Origin: Clostridia bacterium
GTDB taxonomy: Bacteria; Bacillota; Clostridia; Oscillospirales; CAG-272
Length of the DNA: 64,000 bases
Direction of reading: 5' to 3'
Assembly (NCBI GenBank): GCA_017517745.1
Contig: JAFWYJ010000040.1
Coordinates: 84,203 to 148,202, forward strand
Each line of letters opens with the position of its first letter. Position 1 is the stretch's first letter. The notes under the pieces were generated by a model. That model searched no databases. It worked only from the letters and a program-made list of their open reading frames with translations, and was not told the origin of the DNA. Below, in pieces: positions 1 through 8,484 of the stretch. The translations under genes were made by a program, and so were the position numbers.

Positions 1-349
1 TGAGCTGCTTGACGGTTTCCTCGATGATGTTGAGCATCGGTGTTTGAATCTTTTCTCGCAGTCCGTCATAAAAATAGTGCGCCGTATTGCAGGGGATCAC
101 GATCAGATCACATCCCGCACGAGAGAGCCGTTCGGCTTCTTCCTTCATGACGGGAAGGGGATCTTTCCGGCTTTTTCCGAGAATAAAGGCGGTTCTGTCG
201 GGGGTGGAGGCTCGGCTGCTGACGATCATGTCAATATGATCGGCGTCAGAGGTTGCCTCCGTGTGGGAGGTCAGAAGCTCGCAAAAATAGAAGGTGGACA
301 TCGGTCCCAATCCGCCCAAAATCCCCAAAAGAGAAGGCTTTTGATTCAT
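1..349 (-). CDS. Aspartate racemase (Asp/Glu racemase family), 5' part only; gene runs off the window start
   Basis: Hand translation of minus strand from ATG at 349: MNQKPSLLGILGGLGPMSTFYFCELL...CDLIVIPCNTAHYFYDGL. Racemase GGxGP and PCNTAH motifs. ATGA overlap with stop of upstream ORF at 346. Absent from ORF track because there is no in-window stop. Confidence 0.8.
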   Translation of the reverse strand, partial: MNQKPSLLGILGGLGPMSTFYFCELLTSHTEATSDADHIDMIVSSRASTPDRTAFILGKSRKDPLPVMKEEAERLSRAGCDLIVIPCNTAHYFYDGLREKIQTPMLNIIEETVKQL

Positions 350-759
350 TTCTTTCCCTCCTTGCTTCTCGAGTTGCTCTCGCCAAACCACACGCGCAAC
401 ATTTCTTGCTTGTCCGCAAGTACAAATCGGCGCTCCAGCTGTTCTCTGTGAAGCCAGGTCAGGTTGGCATAGGCTTCGGTGCAGGGAGTCAGATAGAGAA
501 TGAGATCGGCGTTTTCCAGCTGGTCTGCAAAATCCGAGAGCGCGCGAAGCATCAGCTGTTCGCCCTCGGTGTGCGGAACCACGTGAAATTTCATACAAAG
601 AGAAAAGTGCAAGGCAAACGGGATTTTATCACAAAAAACGTGTGATACGATTCCGTATTTTCGAAACATCCGATGCGCGGTTTCCGAAGTCTCGGGAGAG
701 ATGCCGAGAAGGATCGGTACCAGCTCGCCGCTCAGAACGTCGTTGACGATGAAATCCAT
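346..759 (-). CDS. Hypothetical 137-aa protein resembling an isolated pre-ATP-grasp N-domain (possible truncated D-Asp-type ligase)
   Basis: ORF 346..777. AAAGGAGG lies 6 nt before the internal ATG at 759. Has PILLG...RMFRKYG pattern. Translationally coupled to the racemase. Confidence 0.5.
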   Translation of the reverse strand: MDFIVNDVLSGELVPILLGISPETSETAHRMFRKYGIVSHVFCDKIPFALHFSLCMKFHVVPHTEGEQLMLRALSDFADQLENADLILYLTPCTEAYANLTWLHREQLERRFVLADKQEMLRVWFGESNSRSKEGKK

Positions 760-923
760 GCCCTGCCTCCTTTTCATACTAATATTTATATTATATCATG
801 CTTTTTCAAAAAAGAAAAGAGCATTGTGAAAATACTTACAATATTTTTCAAAAAAGTGTTGCTTTTTGGAGTGGGATTGATTATAATAGTAATCGACAAA
901 CAGAAGGGATGCCGTGGAAAACA

Positions 924-1517
924 ATGAAGAAAGAAAAAATTTATCGGGTGTTCTCACATCTGCCCGAATTGACGACCGAGCGGTTGACGCTGAGGCGGAT
1001 GATGGTGGCGGACACCGAGGATATGTACGAATATGCCTGCCGTCTTGACGTGACGAAATATCTGGTGTGGTATCCGCACCCCGACCGCGACTATACGCGC
1101 GAATATCTGCAATATCTCGGCGGCCGCTATGCCGCGGGAATGTTCTACGATTGGGCGGTGATCTACGAGCCCGACTGCAAGATGGTCGGCACCTGTGGCT
1201 TCACTTCCTTCAACTGCTCCTCCGACAGCGCCGAGGTCGGCTACGTCCTCAACCCCGAATATTGGGGGAAGGGAATCGCCACCGAAGCCCTGACGCGCGT
1301 GCTGGAGTTCGGCTTCGATCAGCTCAAGCTGCACCGCATCGAGGCGAAGTTCATCAAGGAAAACGAACGCTCGCGCCGTGTGATGGAGAAGGTTGGCATG
1401 ACCTTTGAGGGCGTCATGCGCGAAGCGATGCTGGTCAAGGGAAAGCACCTCGACATTGGCATCTGCTCCATCCTGCGCTCCGAATGGAAGGATAAGAATA
1501 AGAAAGTGATTGATTGA
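924..1517 (+). CDS. GNAT family N-acetyltransferase (RimJ/RimL-like)
   Basis: ORF 798..1517; start chosen at ATG 924 (MKKEKIY). TERLTLRR N-terminus, EYWGKGIATEA acetyl-CoA motif, HRIEA...N.RS..VMEKVGM tail. Confidence 0.85.
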   Translation: MKKEKIYRVFSHLPELTTERLTLRRMMVADTEDMYEYACRLDVTKYLVWYPHPDRDYTREYLQYLGGRYAAGMFYDWAVIYEPDCKMVGTCGFTSFNCSSDSAEVGYVLNPEYWGKGIATEALTRVLEFGFDQLKLHRIEAKFIKENERSRRVMEKVGMTFEGVMREAMLVKGKHLDIGICSILRSEWKDKNKKVID

Positions 1518-1619
1518 AAATGTGGAGACTCAAATAAAAGCAAGGACACAGAGAACCGCCCACTGTGTTCATGCGTTTAGGGCATAAAACTATAGCAGAT
1601 CTTTTCTAAGGAGAGTAAT

Positions 1620-2024
1620 ATGGCTACTTGGCAATTGTGTTTCTCTTTGATTCCTTGCGAGAATTGTACTTTTTCTGATAAAAATGCTTTAAACATCAAA
1701 GCACTAAGTATGTTGGGAAAATGTCTTCCTATCAATAAGGGGTGGTGTGAGGACATGATGTTATTTGGTGATCTAAATGGAACTTGTGTGGAAATGTTTT
1801 TCTGTAATGGTGTGCTTGATGAAGTATCGGTTAGACTTCATGTTGGACGTTTGTCCAAACAGCAAGTAGTTGGGATTTTGGATTTTGCAAACATGAATGA
1901 TATGCAAATATATTATGAAGGTAAAAATATATGTCCCTCATTGCAAAATATTAGGGGGTTAATAAGTAATTCTCCGGCATTTAAGTTTGTAAGCAATCCA
2001 CAATCTTTTTTTGAGAATTTATGA
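1620..2024 (+). CDS. Hypothetical Cys-rich 134-aa protein in an AT-rich patch
   Basis: AAGGAG 8 nt upstream of ATG; own terminator at 2081..2110; no family recognised. Confidence 0.55.
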   Translation: MATWQLCFSLIPCENCTFSDKNALNIKALSMLGKCLPINKGWCEDMMLFGDLNGTCVEMFFCNGVLDEVSVRLHVGRLSKQQVVGILDFANMNDMQIYYEGKNICPSLQNIRGLISNSPAFKFVSNPQSFFENL

Positions 2025-2080
2025 AGCGACATGAACACAGTTGACGCTTCTGTGTGTCCCCTGTACCCCCCTTCAAAAAG

Positions 2081-2110
2081 GCACCGAACGTTGATGTTCG
2101 GTGCTTTTTT
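2081..2110 (+). terminator. Intrinsic terminator
   Basis: GCACCGAAC / GTTCGGTGC 9-bp stem (2081-2089 / 2096-2104) followed by T6. Confidence 0.8.
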
Positions 2111-2160
2111 GGTGCCGTGGCGTATTCTATCAAATCTATTCTATCATAGAAAATCTTTTC

Positions 2161-2189
2161 TTGACAAATCCCAACAAAGGTGGTATAAT
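2161..2189 (+). promoter_or_regulatory. Sigma-A type promoter for azlCD
   Basis: TTGACA 2161-2166, 17-nt spacer, TATAAT 2184-2189. Confidence 0.7.
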
Positions 2190-2226
2190 AGGGAAGTTGT
2201 GAAAAGGATTGAAAGGGGGCGTGGAG

Positions 2227-2970
2227 ATGACGCGTGGAATATCGCCGTACCGATACCGCGAGGGCTTGAAGGACGGACTTCCCATCGGCCTTGGATACCT
2301 GTCGGTGTCCTTTGGATTTGGTATCACGGCAGTCGGCGAGGGCTTGCGGATTCTGGAGGCGCTTTTGATCTCCATGACCAATCTGACCTCGGCGGGTCAG
2401 GTTGCGGGTGTGACCGTCATCGTTGCGGCGGGAACACTCTTGGAGATGATGTTGACACAGCTCGTCATCAATCTGCGTTATTCGCTGATGGGCATCACGC
2501 TCACACAGCGTCTGGACGCGCGCTGTACCACACCGCGGCGCATGCTGATGGCTTTTGGCATGACCGATGAGATCTTTGCCATGGCGGTCTCCAAACCGCA
2601 TTCCGTGGGACCGACCTATTTTTACGGTCTGATGACGCTTCCGTACATCGGCTGGGCGGGCGGAACGCTCCTCGGCGCGATTGCCGGCCAGCTTTTGCCG
2701 TCCGATCTTCGAAGCGCGATGGGCATTATGATCTACGCCATGTTCATCGCCATCATTCTGCCTCCCATGAAGCAGGATCGAGGCGTTCTGTTTGTGGTTC
2801 TCTTGGCGGCGGCACTCTCCTGCGCGGTTTATTTCCTGCCGTTTTTGCAATGGATCTCCGAGGGCTTTGCCATCATTCTTTGCGCGCTTGTCTCTGCTGT
2901 CGTCATGGCGATCGTCAAGCCGATCGACGACGAGGATGATGACGGCGAAGAGGAAGGAGGCGCGACGTGA
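2227..2970 (+). CDS. azlC: AzlC family branched-chain amino acid transport protein
   Basis: ORF 2209..2970. ATG 2227 is preceded by AAGGGGG. Polytopic membrane protein with GLGYLSVSFGFG and TNLTSAGQ motifs typical of AzlC. Paired with azlD. Confidence 0.85.
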   Translation: MTRGISPYRYREGLKDGLPIGLGYLSVSFGFGITAVGEGLRILEALLISMTNLTSAGQVAGVTVIVAAGTLLEMMLTQLVINLRYSLMGITLTQRLDARCTTPRRMLMAFGMTDEIFAMAVSKPHSVGPTYFYGLMTLPYIGWAGGTLLGAIAGQLLPSDLRSAMGIMIYAMFIAIILPPMKQDRGVLFVVLLAAALSCAVYFLPFLQWISEGFAIILCALVSAVVMAIVKPIDDEDDDGEEEGGAT

Positions 2971-3275
2971 GAGCAACGATTTTGATCTATATCGCAGTCA
3001 TGGCGCTGACCACCTATCTGATCCGCATGATCCCTCTGACCGCCTTCCGTCGGCGCATTACCTCCCGCTTTGCGCGCAGTTTCTTTCATTATATTCCTTA
3101 TGCCGTTTTGGCGGCAATGACCTTTCCCGCGATCTTCTATTCCACCGGAAGCTTTCTCTCGGCAACGGTCGGACTCGCCGTGGCAATGCTGTTGGCATTT
3201 CGCGGTGCGTCTCTCATCATCGTTTCTGTCACCGCGTCCGTTGTGGCTTTTCTCATCGGCATTTTGCCTTTTTGA
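2967..3275 (+). CDS. azlD: AzlD family branched-chain amino acid transport protein
   Basis: 102-aa hydrophobic protein. GTGA overlap with azlC stop. Typical azlCD pairing. Confidence 0.8.
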   Translation: MRATILIYIAVMALTTYLIRMIPLTAFRRRITSRFARSFFHYIPYAVLAAMTFPAIFYSTGSFLSATVGLAVAMLLAFRGASLIIVSVTASVVAFLIGILPF

Positions 3276-3311
3276 GGATTGTTCTGCACGGCTTGTTCTA
3301 AATTGAAGAAA

Positions 3312-3351
3312 CCTCCCATATAGTTTACCAACAAGCTATATGGGAGGTTTT
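3312..3351 (+). terminator. 12-bp perfect hairpin: azlD terminator that also sequesters the spoIVA RBS
   Basis: CCTCCCATATAG 3312-3323 / CTATATGGGAGG 3336-3347, then TTTTA. The right arm contains the GGGAGG RBS of spoIVA (ATG 3355). Confidence 0.7.
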
Positions 3352-3354
3352 ATC

Positions 3355-4833
3355 ATGCCGGAGCATTCAATTTACAAGGACATCGCCGAGCGGACAGGCG
3401 GGGATATTTACGTTGGAGTGGTGGGGCCGGTCCGCAGCGGAAAATCCACCTTTATCAAAAGATTTATGGAATCGGTCGTGCTTCCGAACATCAGCGAGGG
3501 CTATTCCCGTGACCGCGCACGTGACGAGCTTCCGCAATCTGCGGCAGGAAAGACCGTGATGACCACCGAGCCAAAATTCATTCCCGAGGAGGCGATTCCC
3601 GTCGTGCTGGATCACAACGCGCAGATGCGCGTGCGAATGATCGACTGCGTGGGCTATCTGATCCCCGAAGCGATGGGGGCGATCGAGAACGGTCAGCCTC
3701 GCATGGTGCGCACGCCGTGGCGTGAAGAACCGATGCCGTTCGTGGAGGCTGCGGAGATGGGGACGCACAAGGTCATCACCGAGCATTCCACCATCGGAAT
3801 GCTGGTCACCACGGACGGAACGATCGGAGAAATCCCGAGAGAGTCCTACGTCGAGGCGGAGGAGCGTATCGTGCGCGAGCTTCGTGAGATCGGCAAGCCC
3901 TTTGCCGTGATCCTCAATTCGGCACAGCCCGCAAGCGAATCCGCGCGTGCGCTGGCGTATGAATTGGAGGAAAAATACGGCGTTCCGGTGGCTCTTGTGA
4001 GCTGTTTGGATCTGGATGCCGAGGATATCCGTCACATTTTGGGGTTGGTTTTGGAGGAGTTTCCCGTGGCAGAGATCAGCGTTCGCATGCCCGAATGGAT
4101 GAATGCACTCGACGAGAGCCACCGCATCCGCTCCTCGGTGCAGGCATCCTTGCGCAGATGCGCCGATAAGGTACACAAGGTGGGAGACGTCAGAGACGCC
4201 TTTGCGGGGATGGCGGAAAACGAATACGTTTTGGCAATCAACACCGATCTGTTGGATCTCGGAACGGGGTGCGCCACCATGACGCTTTCGATGCAGGATG
4301 GGCTCTATTACACGGTTGTCAGTGAGCTGACGGGCTTTGAGATTGCGGGTGAACGTGAGCTGATCGCCAAAATGCGCGAGCTTGCCGCGATCAAGGAAAA
4401 ATATGACAAGGTTTCCGAGGCGTTGGAGCAGGTCAACGAGTGCGGTTACGGCATCGTGATGCCCGACGTCGAGGACCTGCGCCTGGAGGAGCCTCGCATC
4501 GTCAAACAGGCGGGCGGTTACGGCGTCAAGCTGCGCGCGTCGGCACAGTCGGTGCACATGATCCGCGCCAACATCGAAACCGAGATCAATCCCATCGTCG
4601 GCACCGAGCAGCAATCCGAGGATCTCGTGCGCTATATGCTGCGTGAATTTGAGGAGGATCCCAAGAGCATTTGGGCATCCAATCTGTTTGGAAAATCGCT
4701 CTATGCGCTGGTCAACGAGGGGCTTCATACCAAGCTTGCGCATATGCCCGATGAGTCTCGTCTCAAGCTCTCCGAAACGCTTGAGCGCATCATCAACGAG
4801 GGCAGCAACGGCTTGATCTGTATTCTATTGTAA
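3355..4833 (+). CDS. spoIVA: Stage IV sporulation protein A (spore coat morphogenetic ATPase)
   Basis: MPEHSIYKDIAERTGGDIYVGVVGPVRSGKSTFIKRFM... Walker A motif and the highly conserved SpoIVA N-terminus. About 492 aa. Confidence 0.95.
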   Translation: MPEHSIYKDIAERTGGDIYVGVVGPVRSGKSTFIKRFMESVVLPNISEGYSRDRARDELPQSAAGKTVMTTEPKFIPEEAIPVVLDHNAQMRVRMIDCVGYLIPEAMGAIENGQPRMVRTPWREEPMPFVEAAEMGTHKVITEHSTIGMLVTTDGTIGEIPRESYVEAEERIVRELREIGKPFAVILNSAQPASESARALAYELEEKYGVPVALVSCLDLDAEDIRHILGLVLEEFPVAEISVRMPEWMNALDESHRIRSSVQASLRRCADKVHKVGDVRDAFAGMAENEYVLAINTDLLDLGTGCATMTLSMQDGLYYTVVSELTGFEIAGERELIAKMRELAAIKEKYDKVSEALEQVNECGYGIVMPDVEDLRLEEPRIVKQAGGYGVKLRASAQSVHMIRANIETEINPIVGTEQQSEDLVRYMLREFEEDPKSIWASNLFGKSLYALVNEGLHTKLAHMPDESRLKLSETLERIINEGSNGLICILL

Positions 4834-4842
4834 GAACAAACA

Positions 4843-4877
4843 AGAACGGACGACCACAGTCGTCCGTTCTCTTTTCT
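4843..4877 (+). terminator. Intrinsic terminator of spoIVA
   Basis: 12-bp stem AGAACGGACGAC / GTCGTCCGTTCT with 4-nt loop, followed by CTTTTCT. Confidence 0.85.
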
Positions 4878-5086
4878 AAAAGTTTAGGTCAAGCCTTTTC
4901 AAAGGCTTGCGCGGTGGAGGCTGCGTAAGCCTCCTCGTCCTCCGCAGAGGACGAACCTTCTTTAGCGGCGTTTCTTTTTGCAAGCTTTTTCTTTGCGCCT
5001 TTTACTCGCAAAGAAAAAGCGAATAAACGATTTCTACAAGACGGCAACCGATCTGTATTTCATCAGCAACTGTCCGTTCTTTGATT

Positions 5087-6742
5087 TTACTTTTTCGGGA
5101 AGCTGTCCTTCAAGCCGACCACGCGATTGAAGGTGTTGGGATTTTTGGAATCCTTGCAGAAATAGCCGACGCGAACGAATTGGTACCTCTCGCCCGCCTC
5201 TGCCGTTTCCAGACAGGGCTCCACCATTGCGCTGTCGACGCGGGAGAGCGAGTCGGGATTGAGAAAATCCAGATAGGTCTTTCCCTCGGGAACCTCGGCG
5301 GTGTTTTCGATGTTGAAGAGTCGGTCGTAGAGCATCAGAGAAGCGGGGCGCGCGTATTTCGCGGAGAGCCAGTGGATCGTTCCCTTGACCTTTCTTCCGT
5401 CGATCGGCATGCCGTTTCCGGTTTCCAGATCCGCGGTGGCGTGAATACACTTGATGCTGCCGTCCTCGTTCTTTTCAATTCCGGCGTATTTGATGATATA
5501 ACCGTTCATCAGGCGCACCTCGCCGTTGGGCTTGAGGCGGAAGAACTTGGGAGGCGGAACTTCGGCAAAATCGTCGGCATCGATATAGATCTCGCGCGTC
5601 ATGGGAACCTGACGCGTCCCAAGCTCGGGCTTTTGCGGATGGTTGGAGACCGTGAGCATTTCTTCCTTGTCTTCGGGATAGTTGTCGATGATGACCTTGA
5701 TGGGATTCACGACTGCAATGCGGCGGAGCGCGTTCTCGTTGAGATTGTCGCGCACGCACGCTTCAAGCTGACGCACGTCCACGGTATGATCGGTGTTGGT
5801 GACACCTGCCTCACGAACGAAGGTGAAGAGTGCCTCGGGGGTATATCCGCGACGGCGGAGACCGCAAAGCGTGGGAAGACGGGGATCGTCCCAGCCGTCC
5901 ACGTAGCCCTCCTCGACCAATTGGCGCAGATAACGCTTGGACATGACGGTATAGGTGATGTTCATGCGTCCGAATTCCCACTGATGCGGCTTTTGCGCAA
6001 AGCCGATCTTTTCCGTCACCCAGTCATAGAGAGGACGGTGGTTGCGGAATTCACTGGAGCAGAGCGAGTGTGTGATTCCTTCAAGCGCGTCCTGGATGGG
6101 ATGCGCGAAGTCATACATCGGATACACGCACCATTCGTCGCCCTGACGGTGGTGATGAATATGCTTGATACGGTAGATGACGGGATCGCGGAGATAGGGG
6201 TTGTCGGAGGAGGGATCGATCTTCGCGCGGAGCGTGCGCGCGCCGTCGGGAAACTCGCCGTTCTTCATGCGCTCGAACAGCTCCAGATTTTCTTCCACCG
6301 AACGGTTGCGATAGGGGGATTCCTTCGAGGCGACCGCGCGATCGGTGCCCTTGTAGTCCGCCAAATCGTCCTTGGAAAGATCGCAGACGTAAGCGTCGCC
6401 CTGCTTGATGAGTTGAACGGCAAATTCGTAGCATTTTCCGAAATAGTCCGAGCCGTAGAAGACGCCGCCCGTGGGGGTTGCACCCAGCCACTCCAGGTCC
6501 TCGCGGATCGAACGGACGAATTCATCGGACTCCTTTGCGGGGTTGGTGTCGTCATAGCGCAGGTTGAAGAGTCCGTTGTATTTGTTTGCAACGTCGGTGT
6601 TGATGCAGATCGCCTTCACCGATCCGATATGGAGATATCCGTTCGGCTCGGGAGGAAATCGGGTGTGGATCTTGAGATCGGGAAGATTCGCGAGGTCCGC
6701 ATCGATGATGTCGTGTATAAAGTTTCTTTCAATTTCTGCCAT
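5087..6742 (-). CDS. glnS: Glutamine--tRNA ligase
   Basis: 551 aa. TRFPPEPNGYLHIGS (HIGH) and VMSKR (KMSKS) motifs. GlnRS-type C-terminal anticodon-binding region. Confidence 0.95.
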   Translation of the reverse strand: MAEIERNFIHDIIDADLANLPDLKIHTRFPPEPNGYLHIGSVKAICINTDVANKYNGLFNLRYDDTNPAKESDEFVRSIREDLEWLGATPTGGVFYGSDYFGKCYEFAVQLIKQGDAYVCDLSKDDLADYKGTDRAVASKESPYRNRSVEENLELFERMKNGEFPDGARTLRAKIDPSSDNPYLRDPVIYRIKHIHHHRQGDEWCVYPMYDFAHPIQDALEGITHSLCSSEFRNHRPLYDWVTEKIGFAQKPHQWEFGRMNITYTVMSKRYLRQLVEEGYVDGWDDPRLPTLCGLRRRGYTPEALFTFVREAGVTNTDHTVDVRQLEACVRDNLNENALRRIAVVNPIKVIIDNYPEDKEEMLTVSNHPQKPELGTRQVPMTREIYIDADDFAEVPPPKFFRLKPNGEVRLMNGYIIKYAGIEKNEDGSIKCIHATADLETGNGMPIDGRKVKGTIHWLSAKYARPASLMLYDRLFNIENTAEVPEGKTYLDFLNPDSLSRVDSAMVEPCLETAEAGERYQFVRVGYFCKDSKNPNTFNRVVGLKDSFPKK

Positions 6743-6772
6743 GGTGTTTTATCCAAAACCTTTCTAAAAAAA

Positions 6773-8467
6773 TCAAAGGGAATCGCGCATCTTTTCAATG
6801 CGAGCGCGCACGCGTGCTTCGCCGAGCACCTGCATGACGGCGTACATATCAGGCGCGTTGAGCTTGCCCGTCAGTGCCACGCGAAGGAACATGCTGACGT
6901 CGGCGATGTTTCCGCGATATGCCTCGGGATTCGCTTTATATGCCTTCATATCGTCGGCGTATCCGATCTCACGGGCAATCGCTTTGATCTTGTCAAACCA
7001 AACGGTCATGTCATCTGCGGGATCGTAGGTGGCAAGGAATCCGTTCAGAGCCGCCTTGACGTCGGCTTTGTCAAAGCGTTCGTCGTAGGCATCCTCGATC
7101 GTGAAGATCTCGTCAAAGAAGAATCCCATGTAGGGCTTCGCGTCCGCCCAGGTGGCAAGATCCTTTCTCGGCTTTTTGCCGCCGCGACCGATTGCGAAGA
7201 TCGATTCGGTAAAGGCAGGGGCTTTCGCAAGCAGCTTGCCGAAGTCGGGATCGTATGTCATCGCCCACGCCGTCACCTTTTCGGTGACCTCCTCGGCACT
7301 CATGCGCGAGATGATGTTTTTGGAAACGTCGTTCAGTTTGTCGAAGTCAAACAAGCATCCGGAAGAGCTCATCTTCTTGATATTGAAGGGGAAGTCGGTG
7401 TAGGGCTTGTCCGCGTTTTGCGCGTGCCATTCTTCGTAGTTGGAGTTGAGCAACGTCATGATATATTCGCAAACGCAGGCGGGATCGTAGCCCATGCGGC
7501 TGTAATCGTCCATGTTCGCGCCCATATCGCGCTTGGAAAGCTTCTTTTTGTTGCCGTTTTCATCAAGGCGCATGATTTGCGCGATGTGCATGAACTTGGG
7601 CAGACGGAAGCCGAGATAGCGGAAAAGCATGATATGCTTGGCAAGGCTGGGCAGCCATTCCTCACCGCGAATGACATGCGTCGTTCCCATCAGGTGATCG
7701 TCCACGGCGTGCGCGAAGTGATAGGTGGGAATGCCGTCCGACTTGAGAAGCACGAAGTCTTCGTCGTTTTCGGGAATTTCCAATTTGCCCTTGATCAGAT
7801 CGGTGAAGGGCGTTTTCTTTTCGGGATCGCCGTCGGCAAGAATACGGAGCACAAAAGGATCGCCCGCAGCAAGATGCGCCTTGACCTCGTCAAGCGTGAT
7901 CTCGCGCGCCTTGCGCATTGCCTCGCGCTGTGCCGACTGATCCTCATGCCAGTCCTTTGCCTTGATCTCTGCCTTTTTGTCCACGGCGTTGAGCGCGTCC
8001 AGCTCCTCCTGCGTGGTGAACACGGGATATGCCCGTCCCTCGCTCACCAGCTTCTTCGCGAAGACGTGATAGATCGGTCCGCGCTGACTTTGGCAGTAGG
8101 GACCGTAGTTGCCGCGGTCGCAGATCTTGCCGTCCTCGCCGATCACGGCACCCTCGTCAAAGTGGATTCCGTAGTGCGCCAGCGTGCGGATCAGACCCTC
8201 GGCAGCACCCTCGACCTCTCGCTTGGCGTCAGTATCCTCAATGCGGAGCATAAATACGCCGCCGCTCTGATGCGCCAGACGCTCGCAGATGGTGGAGGGG
8301 AAGAGTCCGCCAAAGTGGACAAATCCCGTGGGGCTGGGGGCAAAACGCGTGACCTTGGCACCCTCGGGAAGCTGTCGGGGCGGGAATTTCGCCTCGACGT
8401 CGTCGGGCGTTTCGGTCACGTTGGGGAAAAGAAGATCGGCAAGAAGCTGATAGTCCATGGTTTTCAT
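6773..8467 (-). CDS. gltX: Glutamate--tRNA ligase (long form, 564 aa)
   Basis: TRFAPSPTGFVHFGG (HIGH-like), LRIEDTD, KLSKR (KMSKS). Confidence 0.9.
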   Translation of the reverse strand: MKTMDYQLLADLLFPNVTETPDDVEAKFPPRQLPEGAKVTRFAPSPTGFVHFGGLFPSTICERLAHQSGGVFMLRIEDTDAKREVEGAAEGLIRTLAHYGIHFDEGAVIGEDGKICDRGNYGPYCQSQRGPIYHVFAKKLVSEGRAYPVFTTQEELDALNAVDKKAEIKAKDWHEDQSAQREAMRKAREITLDEVKAHLAAGDPFVLRILADGDPEKKTPFTDLIKGKLEIPENDEDFVLLKSDGIPTYHFAHAVDDHLMGTTHVIRGEEWLPSLAKHIMLFRYLGFRLPKFMHIAQIMRLDENGNKKKLSKRDMGANMDDYSRMGYDPACVCEYIMTLLNSNYEEWHAQNADKPYTDFPFNIKKMSSSGCLFDFDKLNDVSKNIISRMSAEEVTEKVTAWAMTYDPDFGKLLAKAPAFTESIFAIGRGGKKPRKDLATWADAKPYMGFFFDEIFTIEDAYDERFDKADVKAALNGFLATYDPADDMTVWFDKIKAIAREIGYADDMKAYKANPEAYRGNIADVSMFLRVALTGKLNAPDMYAVMQVLGEARVRARIEKMRDSL

Positions 8468-8484
8468 AAATCCTTTCGTGGTTG

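Noticed and set aside
5087-6742. Presence of GlnRS in a Firmicute as a possible anomaly
   Set aside because: Bacilli lack GlnRS, but my understanding is that many Clostridia carry it. Tandem gltX-glnS is therefore not remarkable by itself.
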